NCBI GenBank assembly: GCA_018064935.1 | Contig: JAGHUF010000004.1 | Location: forward strand, 21,432-85,431 | Origin: Candidatus Merdinaster equi | Lineage (GTDB): Bacteria; Bacillota; Clostridia; Lachnospirales; Lachnospiraceae | Reading direction: 5' to 3' | DNA: 64,000 nt | Shown: in pieces, positions 56,217 to 64,000 of the stretch | Numbering within the stretch: the first letter of the stretch is position 1 | How the letters are laid out: every line of letters starts with the position of its first letter | Made by a program: the position numbers and the translations under genes | Notes under the pieces: generated by a model | Told to the model about the DNA's origin: nothing | Seen by the model: only the letters and a program-made list of their open reading frames with translations | Database searches by the model: none

Positions 56217-56519
56217 TTACTTCTCGACTATATTTAAGAAATCGTCAAAACCAGTTATTGATAATATTTCTCTAATCTCATTGTTCGGATTTAAAGCACA
56301 CACTTCCCCGTACTCATCCATAAGCTGATTGGCAATAAGTAATACTCTGAGTCCAGCTGATGAAATGTAGGCAAGCCCCGTCATGTCAATAGTCAGTTTC
56401 TTAGTTCCGGCAGGGATTTCCTTTACCGCAGTCTCGAACTCTTTCGCAGTATTAGTATCCACTCTACCTTCGACTTCAATTATTACTTCATCATTGTTAA
56501 CGCTCTTCTTGATTGTCAT
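56217..56519 (-). CDS. STAS-domain protein (SpoIIAA / anti-sigma-antagonist-like)
   Basis: 100 aa. Typical beta-alpha pattern with LTIDMTGLAYISSAGLRVLL, including the conserved Ser position. Confidence 0.8.
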   Translation of the reverse strand: MTIKKSVNNDEVIIEVEGRVDTNTAKEFETAVKEIPAGTKKLTIDMTGLAYISSAGLRVLLIANQLMDEYGEVCALNPNNEIREILSITGFDDFLNIVEK

Positions 56520-56611
56520 TCTAGTTTCTTCCCTTCTATACTATGACAACATTTGTCATATTTACCACTTACAGCTAAACGTACTGCAGGTTGTGATTTT
56601 GAGTACGAATA

Positions 56612-59200
56612 TCATATAATTGCCATTTCAAGGAATTTAATATCCTTTGGATTATATACAAAATGAGGAGCCGGAATTGAATCCACCGTTACATCCAGTT
56701 TTTTAGCTCTGCTCTCCTGATATAACAGAGTTGTCTCTGGCTCAATTAAATGTACATCAGGCAAATCTATCTCGCCTGCTTCCCTTGCGCTCTTATAACC
56801 AGCGACCACCTCGCAAAGTATCTCATCAAGCTTATGCTTAACTGCATCAAGGTCTGAATTCATATCGGAATTATCTGCAAGTTCTAGAAGAACACACAAG
56901 CTATCATTCTTCTGATATGAAGCATAATCAAATATACTCAACTCACATGCATCACCAAGCTGTAATACAGCTCCATTTATATCATCCCTGCCAATTGAGA
57001 TATTCCCTATCATAGTACAGGTTCCATAGTCGCTAAGTGGTTCAAATACCGGTATTGAGCCATTGAAACCTACTATCTTAATGTGACGACCTGTGTCATA
57101 TCGATACAGTCCGGACTTATTGGTAACAAATACCCTGTATATCTCGCCTGCTTTCAGCTTCTTATAGAATATGAGTTCAGAGTCCCCCACCTTCTTGAAT
57201 TCGAAGAATGCGCTCTCGAGATTCAGCTCATAATTGCCATTTTCATCAGACGCCGTCCCAAGAAGCATCTCTGGGTACATAAGTGGTCCGTCCAATAATT
57301 CAACATCTCCACTAACCCTCTCAACAAGCTTTGTCCCCAAAGCAAAATCTCCCATTCTGGGTGCAACAATCTTCTTAAGGCCAGGCCATATAGCTTTTAA
57401 CGTAACCTCTCCTTCAAATACCTTCTTTAAATACTCTGCTCGCTCATTATTCTTACTAAACGCCTTGAGCAGTGCTTTGGCATTGTCTTCCTTCAATCTA
57501 TCAAGGTTCTTAATCGTTCCAGCTGCAATGTCTGAGGTGAAATCGTCTATATTCTTTTTTATGAAATCAAGTGTTCCCATGACTGCATTCATTGAAGGAG
57601 CACAGATCTGAGTTACATTCTCATCACAAAGAGCAAACAGACACTTTATATATCTGTTTGTGAACTGTTCACTCGAGTATCCCAGACTATCCGGTGTAGT
57701 AAATCGTGAAGTTGCACTCACATCACCGCTTACACGTGCTTTGTAATACTCTGTATTAATTGCCCCATACAGAGAACCAATATCTGAATTATCATTAAAA
57801 TGGAATGGCTTTGAGACATTCTCATACAGAACAAAAGTGTTATTATCCTTAAACACCTCGTCCATCGCTTTTACATAATCCTTAAGGTGCGACTGTGTCA
57901 CCGGGAGAAGCTTCCTGTTACCATACTGACCTGTGTAATATACATAGTGCGTTATTGGTTCACTTACAAATATTCCCGATTCACCAATTCTCGTATTTAA
58001 TGCAATAAGCGGTTCATAGGTATCATACTGCATGACTGGTACCTTAGACTGAAAACCATTAAGAGTATTAATACTCTTAAAATCATATCTTTTGCCCATG
58101 TCTGTTCCAGCATTATTCTCAAGTATTGAATTGAGAACTGTCTGGTCAACAGGTGGCTTGACCTCCCTGTAATGTCTGGACATAAAGGTTTCACCCTCTC
58201 CTGCCCACTTTTCAGGGTTCAGTATATAATCTTTCAGAAAAGTACTTCTGTCGTAAGCTGCCTTCTCTGAATATATTTTGTTTGGCTTAAGGTCCTTTAT
58301 CATCTCAACATATGGACCTACTATTTTCTTGATTTTCTGTCTTCCTTCAAGGGACAGTTTGCTACTTCCCATCATGAATCTTGCAAGAACGAAAGTAACA
58401 CCTCCGATTGTTGCATCCATTCGGAATCCAAATTTAAGACCGCAGTCATATATCTTCTTGAGACCTTTGGCCATATCAATAATATCTTCCTCAGTCTTCT
58501 CACTCTTTTGAAGTATTGATCCACCATTTATGTAATAGTGATAGCCTATGGTCTGAGGCAGATAACAGAATTTCTGGGCCCTTCCATATACTTCGAAGTT
58601 AAATAGATAATCCTCTCCAAGCTTCACGCTTTCATCATAAACAATCTCATTCTCACGAAGAAAATCGAGATCATATAGTCTTGATGTAACAAGACCCCAA
58701 ACAGCACTGAACATTTTTTCGTCGTCCCAGTATCCGCCCTTTTCCAGAATAATTTCTTCTCTTGTCTGATCCCACAGAACTATTTCTGTTACGGGAACTG
58801 ATTTCTCACTCTCAAGCTCATATTCTCTTCTAAACCAAGTTACCTGCGCACCTGATTTTTTCATATGAAGCAGAACTGTTTTAAGGCATCCAGGCGTATA
58901 GCTGTCATCACCGTCAAGGAATCCGATATACTTAGCGCTCGCCATCTTCATTCCATAGTTTCTCGGACTCGATGCAGAATGGACGTTATTATTGAGCACA
59001 AATGTCTTAATATTCTCGTACTCTTTGGTCATCTCCTGAACGCCCTGGATATATTTATCCTCACAGTTGTGAAGTACAATAATCCACTCAATCTTAGAAA
59101 AGCCAAGTGTCTGATTCTTGATTGATTCCAGACCACTCTTAAAAATATCCAAATCAATATTATGGTAGGGGGTAACAATTGAAACTTCGTAATTATTCAT
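56612..59200 (-). CDS. fusion protein: N-terminal GT2 glycosyltransferase plus C-terminal GH3-family (acyl-acid amido synthetase-like) domain
   Basis: GT2: VSIVTPYHN...FLDGDD. GH3: FQSKVPVMQYDTYEPLI, YYTGQYGNRKLLPVT (position of the SSGTT..K.IP.T motif) and GLYRYDTGRHIKIVGFNGSIPVFE (equivalent to the GH3 motif LYRYRLGDVV.V.GF.N..P). Start is set at the ATG at 59200, 5 nt after GAGGA. The track start at 59212 lies inside the leader motif. Confidence 0.7.
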   Translation of the reverse strand: MNNYEVSIVTPYHNIDLDIFKSGLESIKNQTLGFSKIEWIIVLHNCEDKYIQGVQEMTKEYENIKTFVLNNNVHSASSPRNYGMKMASAKYIGFLDGDDSYTPGCLKTVLLHMKKSGAQVTWFRREYELESEKSVPVTEIVLWDQTREEIILEKGGYWDDEKMFSAVWGLVTSRLYDLDFLRENEIVYDESVKLGEDYLFNFEVYGRAQKFCYLPQTIGYHYYINGGSILQKSEKTEEDIIDMAKGLKKIYDCGLKFGFRMDATIGGVTFVLARFMMGSSKLSLEGRQKIKKIVGPYVEMIKDLKPNKIYSEKAAYDRSTFLKDYILNPEKWAGEGETFMSRHYREVKPPVDQTVLNSILENNAGTDMGKRYDFKSINTLNGFQSKVPVMQYDTYEPLIALNTRIGESGIFVSEPITHYVYYTGQYGNRKLLPVTQSHLKDYVKAMDEVFKDNNTFVLYENVSKPFHFNDNSDIGSLYGAINTEYYKARVSGDVSATSRFTTPDSLGYSSEQFTNRYIKCLFALCDENVTQICAPSMNAVMGTLDFIKKNIDDFTSDIAAGTIKNLDRLKEDNAKALLKAFSKNNERAEYLKKVFEGEVTLKAIWPGLKKIVAPRMGDFALGTKLVERVSGDVELLDGPLMYPEMLLGTASDENGNYELNLESAFFEFKKVGDSELIFYKKLKAGEIYRVFVTNKSGLYRYDTGRHIKIVGFNGSIPVFEPLSDYGTCTMIGNISIGRDDINGAVLQLGDACELSIFDYASYQKNDSLCVLLELADNSDMNSDLDAVKHKLDEILCEVVAGYKSAREAGEIDLPDVHLIEPETTLLYQESRAKKLDVTVDSIPAPHFVYNPKDIKFLEMAII

Positions 59201-59201
59201 A

Positions 59202-59235
59202 CTAATCCTCATTTCTGAGCTGCTTGTTGTAAAGA
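59202..59235 (-). promoter_or_regulatory. recurrent leader motif, copy 3 of 3 (upstream of the GT2-GH3 gene)
   Basis: Plus strand reads ctaatcctcatttctgagctgcttgttgtaaaga. On the coding strand this is ACAACAAGCAGCTCAGAAATGAGGATTAGT-ATG. Confidence 0.5.
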
Positions 59236-59304
59236 GGCGAAGAGTGAAGCGCGAAGGCGATTTCAGCCTGTCTTCAGATTTGAAATCTGTAACTCCGTCT
59301 GCAA

Positions 59305-60627
59305 CTAGTTTTCAAGCCTCTCCAGTTCCTTAACTAGTACCAAATCTGGATAAACTCTCTTATTATCCACCATACTAGCCTCAAGTCCTCTATCTCTAAA
59401 TTCATTCAGTATGCAGTTCGCCAGTCTGTTATCATCTGTTCTGCATAATACCATGAAATGTAATTCGTCTCTAAAGCTGTATCCAACTACTGCATTTGCC
59501 CTTGCCCAGCCCTTGAGCTCGTAATTCACAAGGAATCTGTCAAGCCCGGACAGTAAAGTCATTTTACCCGGATAAGTCATTGCATATGAGAGCGGTCTTT
59601 TTGCATCCTTGGGAAGTACCTTCGTCATAAGACCAACTCTGTCCAGTATTGGCATTTCATCTTTCTCAAACATCTCAACATTGCCTGCTTTTCCAGCCAT
59701 CTGTTTCGTAAGATTTCCCAGATTCACCTGCTTAGTTATATATTCCTTCCATTTTGCACATCTCTCCTCAACATTCAATTCCTCGTCCTCGCTATGATAT
59801 GGAATGAATACTGAATCAGAACAGTTGACAACTGTTTTTGAACCCACATAAGGTCTGAAATTGACAGGCAACATCGCGGTTACAGGCAAATCCCCGGCGG
59901 CATATTCTTTTCTGATAGCACCAGATGTGATGTCTAAAATAAGTGGTGCAGCCGAAACTCCAAGTTTCTTGGACATTGCAAGGAATTCCGATGTCTTGAG
60001 CGTTATTTCACATTCATGATAGTAATAAACATCATCTTCATATGTTGTTGCAGGAATAGAAAAAGCAGTTCTGCCATCATACTCATAATCTGGCACAGCT
60101 GCTTCATTTTTATGCGCATTATAAGGGTCGAGAAGATCCTGACTCATGTTCTTCTCATAATATTTTTCATCCTCTCTGATAGAAGCAAGAAGCTCCTTAA
60201 GCTCATCCTCATTGAACTCAAAACCGGTGCGTGTCGCATACAAATACATGGCACATCTCACATACTCAACCATTCCAACAACGTCAGTGAGTCCATGATA
60301 ATAACTGACAGTAAAACTGTCCGCCTCATAGCTTAAATAAAACATATAACCATTGGTATCCTTGGTTCCAAAGTGCAGCGCTTTCTGCCCCTTGGGAGCA
60401 ACAACCAGCGGTTCACTAATTAAAACCGACGACAATGCATTTCCTTTTATTACAGGCTTAACAGACAATTCGGGATACCTCTTAAGCGCATCTTCAAACG
60501 ACTGTTTTAGAACATCCACCTGAAGATTGTTTACCGTAAATGTCAGCCTTATATTGAAGGTAGCTCCTCCTGACATAACATAATAGAAAAACTTATTTGA
60601 TGCTCCTAACAATTGCTCTTTAACCAT
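59305..60627 (-). CDS. uncharacterised protein, possible HxxxD-type (condensation/CAT-superfamily-like) acyltransferase
   Basis: 440 aa. SYYHGLTDVVGMVEYVRCAMYLY sits about 110 residues in, where condensation-type enzymes carry HHxxxDG. This is a weak, motif-only call. Confidence 0.35.
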   Translation of the reverse strand: MVKEQLLGASNKFFYYVMSGGATFNIRLTFTVNNLQVDVLKQSFEDALKRYPELSVKPVIKGNALSSVLISEPLVVAPKGQKALHFGTKDTNGYMFYLSYEADSFTVSYYHGLTDVVGMVEYVRCAMYLYATRTGFEFNEDELKELLASIREDEKYYEKNMSQDLLDPYNAHKNEAAVPDYEYDGRTAFSIPATTYEDDVYYYHECEITLKTSEFLAMSKKLGVSAAPLILDITSGAIRKEYAAGDLPVTAMLPVNFRPYVGSKTVVNCSDSVFIPYHSEDEELNVEERCAKWKEYITKQVNLGNLTKQMAGKAGNVEMFEKDEMPILDRVGLMTKVLPKDAKRPLSYAMTYPGKMTLLSGLDRFLVNYELKGWARANAVVGYSFRDELHFMVLCRTDDNRLANCILNEFRDRGLEASMVDNKRVYPDLVLVKELERLEN

Positions 60628-60693
60628 AATTTAACTCTCTATTCTTCCTTAATTTTCTGTACAAATAAACTCATCCATATAAGGCTTATGGGC

Positions 60694-61209
60694 TTAAAAC
60701 AGTTTTCCGATTAAATACTGGTATATCTCCTCGTTTTGTGTCTTCCAGTTATTGCACACACGCTCTGCCAATTCTTTTGACGGCACCGTAACTGACATAT
60801 TCATAAGCTGCGACTCCCTTTCCAGAAGAGTCAGCTCTGCTATATACTCTCCCTTGGAATTGCGGTCGTAATTGGTCTTTACAGACAGCTCATCAATAAT
60901 CTGAACCTCATTCTGCTTCAGATATACCTTAATATCATCCCTTATATCTTCAGACAGACGTCCTCCGAAGAATTCAAGCGTCTCCGCACCTTCCGGAGTT
61001 ATTTCATAGATAGTCCTGTTTTCGGTCTCTTCCGCTGTGATGAAACCATCTTCTGTGAGATCGCTAAAGACGGTCTGTAGCGTCATATAATCTGTATATT
61101 CCTTATCCAGAATAAAATCTGAAATCTGCGCCCGAGTAAGCGGACTTGACGCTTTTTCCAGCATATACAGAACTATCATCTTATATAAAGTCAGAAGATC
61201 CTTACTCAT
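60694..61209 (-). CDS. PadR-like winged-helix protein (DUF4364-like), putative transcriptional regulator
   Basis: 171 aa. The N-terminal YKMIVLYMLEKASSPLTRAQISDFIL...LTEDGFI is a wHTH pattern. Confidence 0.5.
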   Translation of the reverse strand: MSKDLLTLYKMIVLYMLEKASSPLTRAQISDFILDKEYTDYMTLQTVFSDLTEDGFITAEETENRTIYEITPEGAETLEFFGGRLSEDIRDDIKVYLKQNEVQIIDELSVKTNYDRNSKGEYIAELTLLERESQLMNMSVTVPSKELAERVCNNWKTQNEEIYQYLIGKLF

Positions 61210-61310
61210 ATATTCTCCAAACCTGCATTCTTACTATATCACGATGTCATCCGCCCTGACTACACCATACCAGTATCATAATGCCAGCAAATTAACTTGA
61301 CATCAGTCTG

Positions 61311-62519
61311 TCAGAATATCGCCCTTATTCCAGTATCCGTATCGATTGTACTCATATTGTACAGTACGAGAACATCCGTAACTTCAGCATGCTCCATAAT
61401 AAAATCGGAGATACTACCCTTATAATATCTTGGATCGAACACATATATTATATCAAAATGTGCTGTCAAAAAAGGAATAAGGCTGTTCGCATAGCTGTCC
61501 TTAACAAGCACAAGGTTCTTTCCAGTATTATTATTCTCTATTTCCACAACTACCAATGGATGAAGATTATTCAAAAACAGAGAGTATTTATCTTTCTTCT
61601 CAAGGTATTCGAGATTGTACAGACTATCCGTTATCTCGCCGGAATCCTCATACAGAACCTTAAGCTTTTCCTGTTTTCTGTTAAAGAGACATATAGCATC
61701 CCCTTTTTCACCAGGTAAATTAACTCTCGCAGAATACGTGCCATGGAAGTCATAGGTTACATACTGCCTGTCATATTCATCAATCGACAGCGGTACTATT
61801 CCCATCCTCTCGCACAGCGCCTGATAGCCATAATATGCCCCGATTGTAGTCCAATGATGATCTGTTTTATAAAACAGCTGTTTATCGGCAGTCTGGCTTT
61901 GAATATCACTTCTCATCAGATACCCATACACATCGACTGTGGCTACATCTTCTGATGCTGATTCTGATTCTAATTCCGAAACATAATCATATATCTCATT
62001 TATTGTATCTACCTGTGACGCATTTCCAGCATATTCAGGCAGCTTATCCGCATATATCGTAATTGCAGACGGCACCAGCATTAGGTATTTCGAAACATCT
62101 TCTCTCTTTTCACTAACTGCCTTAGCAAATTTCTGGAAAGTGTTTTTTATTCTGTCAGTATTCTGCGGACTATCATACTGCGCAATCAAATAATTATCTG
62201 CTGCCAGATAAACACCATTTATCTGCTTCTTCCCAAGAGCCTGCTGCATTCCAGACTGAAGACTAATCCAGGCGTCTCTGAACGGGAACTGGTCTGTCAG
62301 ATACTCATTAACATCATCCATGTAGCTTCCGTCGAACAGATTTGAGAACGTAACCTGAGGTTTCCCCTTCAGATATCTGTTTTCTGCCTCTGAATACTCT
62401 CTGTCAGGAAGGGCGAACAACAGAACACCACATAAAATGAAAATAAAGGCTGCGGCAAATGCTGCAGCCTTTGCAAATGCATCAGGCCTATTCTGTTTCT
62501 CATCCTTAATTTCATTCAT
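61311..62519 (-). CDS. DHHW-family protein (AlgX/AlgJ/DltD-like O-acyltransferase partner)
   Basis: 402 aa. N-terminal TM anchor and the diagnostic FYKTDHHWTTIGAYYGY. Confidence 0.8.
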   Translation of the reverse strand: MNEIKDEKQNRPDAFAKAAAFAAAFIFILCGVLLFALPDREYSEAENRYLKGKPQVTFSNLFDGSYMDDVNEYLTDQFPFRDAWISLQSGMQQALGKKQINGVYLAADNYLIAQYDSPQNTDRIKNTFQKFAKAVSEKREDVSKYLMLVPSAITIYADKLPEYAGNASQVDTINEIYDYVSELESESASEDVATVDVYGYLMRSDIQSQTADKQLFYKTDHHWTTIGAYYGYQALCERMGIVPLSIDEYDRQYVTYDFHGTYSARVNLPGEKGDAICLFNRKQEKLKVLYEDSGEITDSLYNLEYLEKKDKYSLFLNNLHPLVVVEIENNNTGKNLVLVKDSYANSLIPFLTAHFDIIYVFDPRYYKGSISDFIMEHAEVTDVLVLYNMSTIDTDTGIRAIF

Positions 62520-62537
62520 GAAAAAACCAGTTTTTGA

Positions 62538-63764
62538 TTATTTACCCTTTTTCAGACAATTTACAACATGATTAAAGAATACTGGCTCCCAGCCATTTTC
62601 GTATGCTACCGGGAGAAGATGCACAAACTTGTCACTACAGTATTCTTTTCTCAAATCACCATTCGCATCGAGCATATATTTATGCAGTTCTACGTAGGAG
62701 TATCCTTTTTTTACACAATCCGCATACAGTCTCGAATTATAGATAGGAATACTCGTATTATTCAGCGCACCCTTCTGCTGCGCTCCGCCAGCAATTGGCG
62801 TCATGCTGATGATATGTATATCAACATCTGGATTAACTTCCAGGATCTTGTCCACAAGTTTAAACATCTGTTCCTCAACTACATATGCATTCTTGCTGAT
62901 GAGGTCATTCGTTCCAAACATAAGAAATACATGCTTCGCTCCCATGAGAGATATACTCTCCCAGACATTGCGCTTCTTGCCCTGATATACCGGCTGAAGC
63001 GAATCCTTGGACGCTGGATTAAGAGCATGTGTAATAGAAAAACTTGTCGCGGCAAGGAATTGCGCTTTTGACACTGGGGACTCCGGAGTTTTTGCAACAA
63101 AGTTTCGGTAACCTACCATAATTGAGTCGCCGACAAAAACGCTCTTAGTGAAGTAGTCCTCCACTTGCTTCTGAACAGTTGCATTAACCTTGGTCTTCAC
63201 CGGATTAACTACTTTGGAATTATTAGAATCCTGAGATGTGTCATTTTTATTATCCTGGACACCCGGAGTTGGAGTTATCTGGGTAGGAACAGGCGTCACC
63301 TTCGGTGTATCACCCGTATTATTCTGTTCACCGGTCGTTTCCGGAATTAGCAGCGAAATATCAGGAATCAATGCCGGGTCAGTTATTACTTCCCTCCCTT
63401 CATCCTTGCCGAAAACAACATAATGCATATAATATGCTTTCAGATTGTTGCCATACAGAAGGACCAGATCCGGATTAGCCGCCATATATCCATATACATT
63501 AAATGACTCACATCCCTGCCTGCCCTCTGCCATTCCGTAATTAATGAAGTGCGCCTGAAGAAGTTCGTAGCTACTTCCAATTATCAGAGCCACATCCGGG
63601 TTGGCTGAATAGTAGTAATTAGCATTGAATACACAGCTGTAATCATTTGCTGCCTGAGTTTTAATCTCAGTCTGTGGCAAAGCAACAGTTGCTCCGACGA
63701 TTAGTGCAATCGCCATCAGTGCCGCGATTATTCTCTTAGCGATAAAGCTATTCTTCTTATTCAT
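62538..63764 (-). CDS. secreted SGNH/GDSL-type hydrolase or acyltransferase with N-terminal duplicated NPD...EGR repeat
   Basis: 408 aa. Signal peptide, two ANPD(V/L)...(H/Y)...G..EGR repeats, a P/T-rich linker, VFVGDSIMVGY (block I) and FGTNDL (block III). Confidence 0.7.
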   Translation of the reverse strand: MNKKNSFIAKRIIAALMAIALIVGATVALPQTEIKTQAANDYSCVFNANYYYSANPDVALIIGSSYELLQAHFINYGMAEGRQGCESFNVYGYMAANPDLVLLYGNNLKAYYMHYVVFGKDEGREVITDPALIPDISLLIPETTGEQNNTGDTPKVTPVPTQITPTPGVQDNKNDTSQDSNNSKVVNPVKTKVNATVQKQVEDYFTKSVFVGDSIMVGYRNFVAKTPESPVSKAQFLAATSFSITHALNPASKDSLQPVYQGKKRNVWESISLMGAKHVFLMFGTNDLISKNAYVVEEQMFKLVDKILEVNPDVDIHIISMTPIAGGAQQKGALNNTSIPIYNSRLYADCVKKGYSYVELHKYMLDANGDLRKEYCSDKFVHLLPVAYENGWEPVFFNHVVNCLKKGK

Positions 63765-63838
63765 CCTAATCCAAACTCTCTTTTCCCCTGCTCGCCAAGG
63801 AAAATCAGACGCTTCGCGCCGATTTTCTCAGCCCGCAC

Positions 63839-64000
63839 TTAAAATCTAAAATATAAGAAAGGGTTGTAGCTGTTGTTCACAAGGCATGCTATTGATAAGA
63901 GAACGCCTCCGGCAACAATAACCGGCTGAAGCACCTTGTATACCCTATTTTTCTCCCATTGACTACGTAGGTCATCTGGCATAAGTCCCATTCCAAAGAA
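63839..64000 (-). CDS. MBOAT-family membrane O-acyltransferase (AlgI/DltB-like), C-terminal 53 codons only
   Basis: My translation gives FFGMGLMPDDLRSQWEKNRVYKVLQPVIVAGGVLLSIACLVNNSYNPFLYFRF-stop. The NPF(I/L)YF(Q/R)F ending is characteristic of AlgI/DltB-type MBOATs. Confidence 0.65.
   Translation of the reverse strand, partial: FFGMGLMPDDLRSQWEKNRVYKVLQPVIVAGGVLLSIACLVNNSYNPFLYFRF

Noticed and set aside
56217-56519. STAS protein as part of a sigma-factor partner-switching module.
   Set aside because: The window contains no anti-sigma kinase, PP2C phosphatase or sigma-factor gene. The call is therefore left as orphan STAS.
63765-63838. Weak resemblance of the SGNH leader (cctaatcc...gattttctcagcc) to the recurrent leader motif and to the 59236-59270 region.
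   Set aside because: Only short fragments match and the alignment needs gaps. This is not enough to call a fourth copy.
1-64000. Scan for CRISPR arrays, tRNA/rRNA genes, IS elements, integrases, toxin-antitoxin pairs and prophage genes.
   Set aside because: I saw no repeat-spacer periodicity, no tRNA-like intergenic segments, and no transposase, recombinase or phage structural signatures in any ORF. A visual scan cannot exclude small ncRNAs.

Overview
This is a 64 kb chromosomal segment from a low-GC Firmicute. The T-box leaders, a CIRCE operator and the gene content look Clostridia/Lachnospiraceae-like, but the taxon is only an inference. About 85% of the genes read on the minus strand. I saw no rRNA, tRNA, CRISPR array, transposase, integrase or phage genes.

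Layout, left to right:
- 1-4.8 kb: a Trp T-box-controlled trpC-trpF-trpB-trpA-trpD operon.
- 4.9-21.8 kb: thrS with its own T-box, several secreted or lipoproteins, nnr, pepT, a hybrid histidine kinase, purA and fba.
- 21.9-33.6 kb: purB, preceded by a long co-directional gene string that starts at a perfect CIRCE element and reads htpG - PfkB-family kinase - four uncharacterised genes. One of the four is a degenerate Hsp70-like protein. This is my best candidate for an undescribed system.
- 33.5-36.8 kb: thyA-folA-PHP-PrsA-like operon.
- 36.9-42.9 kb: an RNA/ribosome-centred neighbourhood. It holds a beta-CASP MBL RNase, a TetM/EF-G-like GTPase fused to a Rae1/YacP-type NYN nuclease domain, and hflX behind a 140-nt palindromic leader.
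- 43.1-45.4 kb: a PurF-like gene lacking the Cys1 nucleophile, plus purC.
- 45.5-64 kb: an accessory cell-envelope glycan cluster. It encodes two acyltransferase-3 proteins, a carboxylesterase, four GT2 domains, an ABC exporter pair, an orphan STAS protein, a GT2-GH3 fusion, an HxxxD-type protein, a DUF4364-like regulator, and DHHW, SGNH and MBOAT proteins.

A roughly 30-nt leader motif recurs directly upstream of three unrelated genes. All functional calls rest on motif-level reading of the translations, since no database search was possible.
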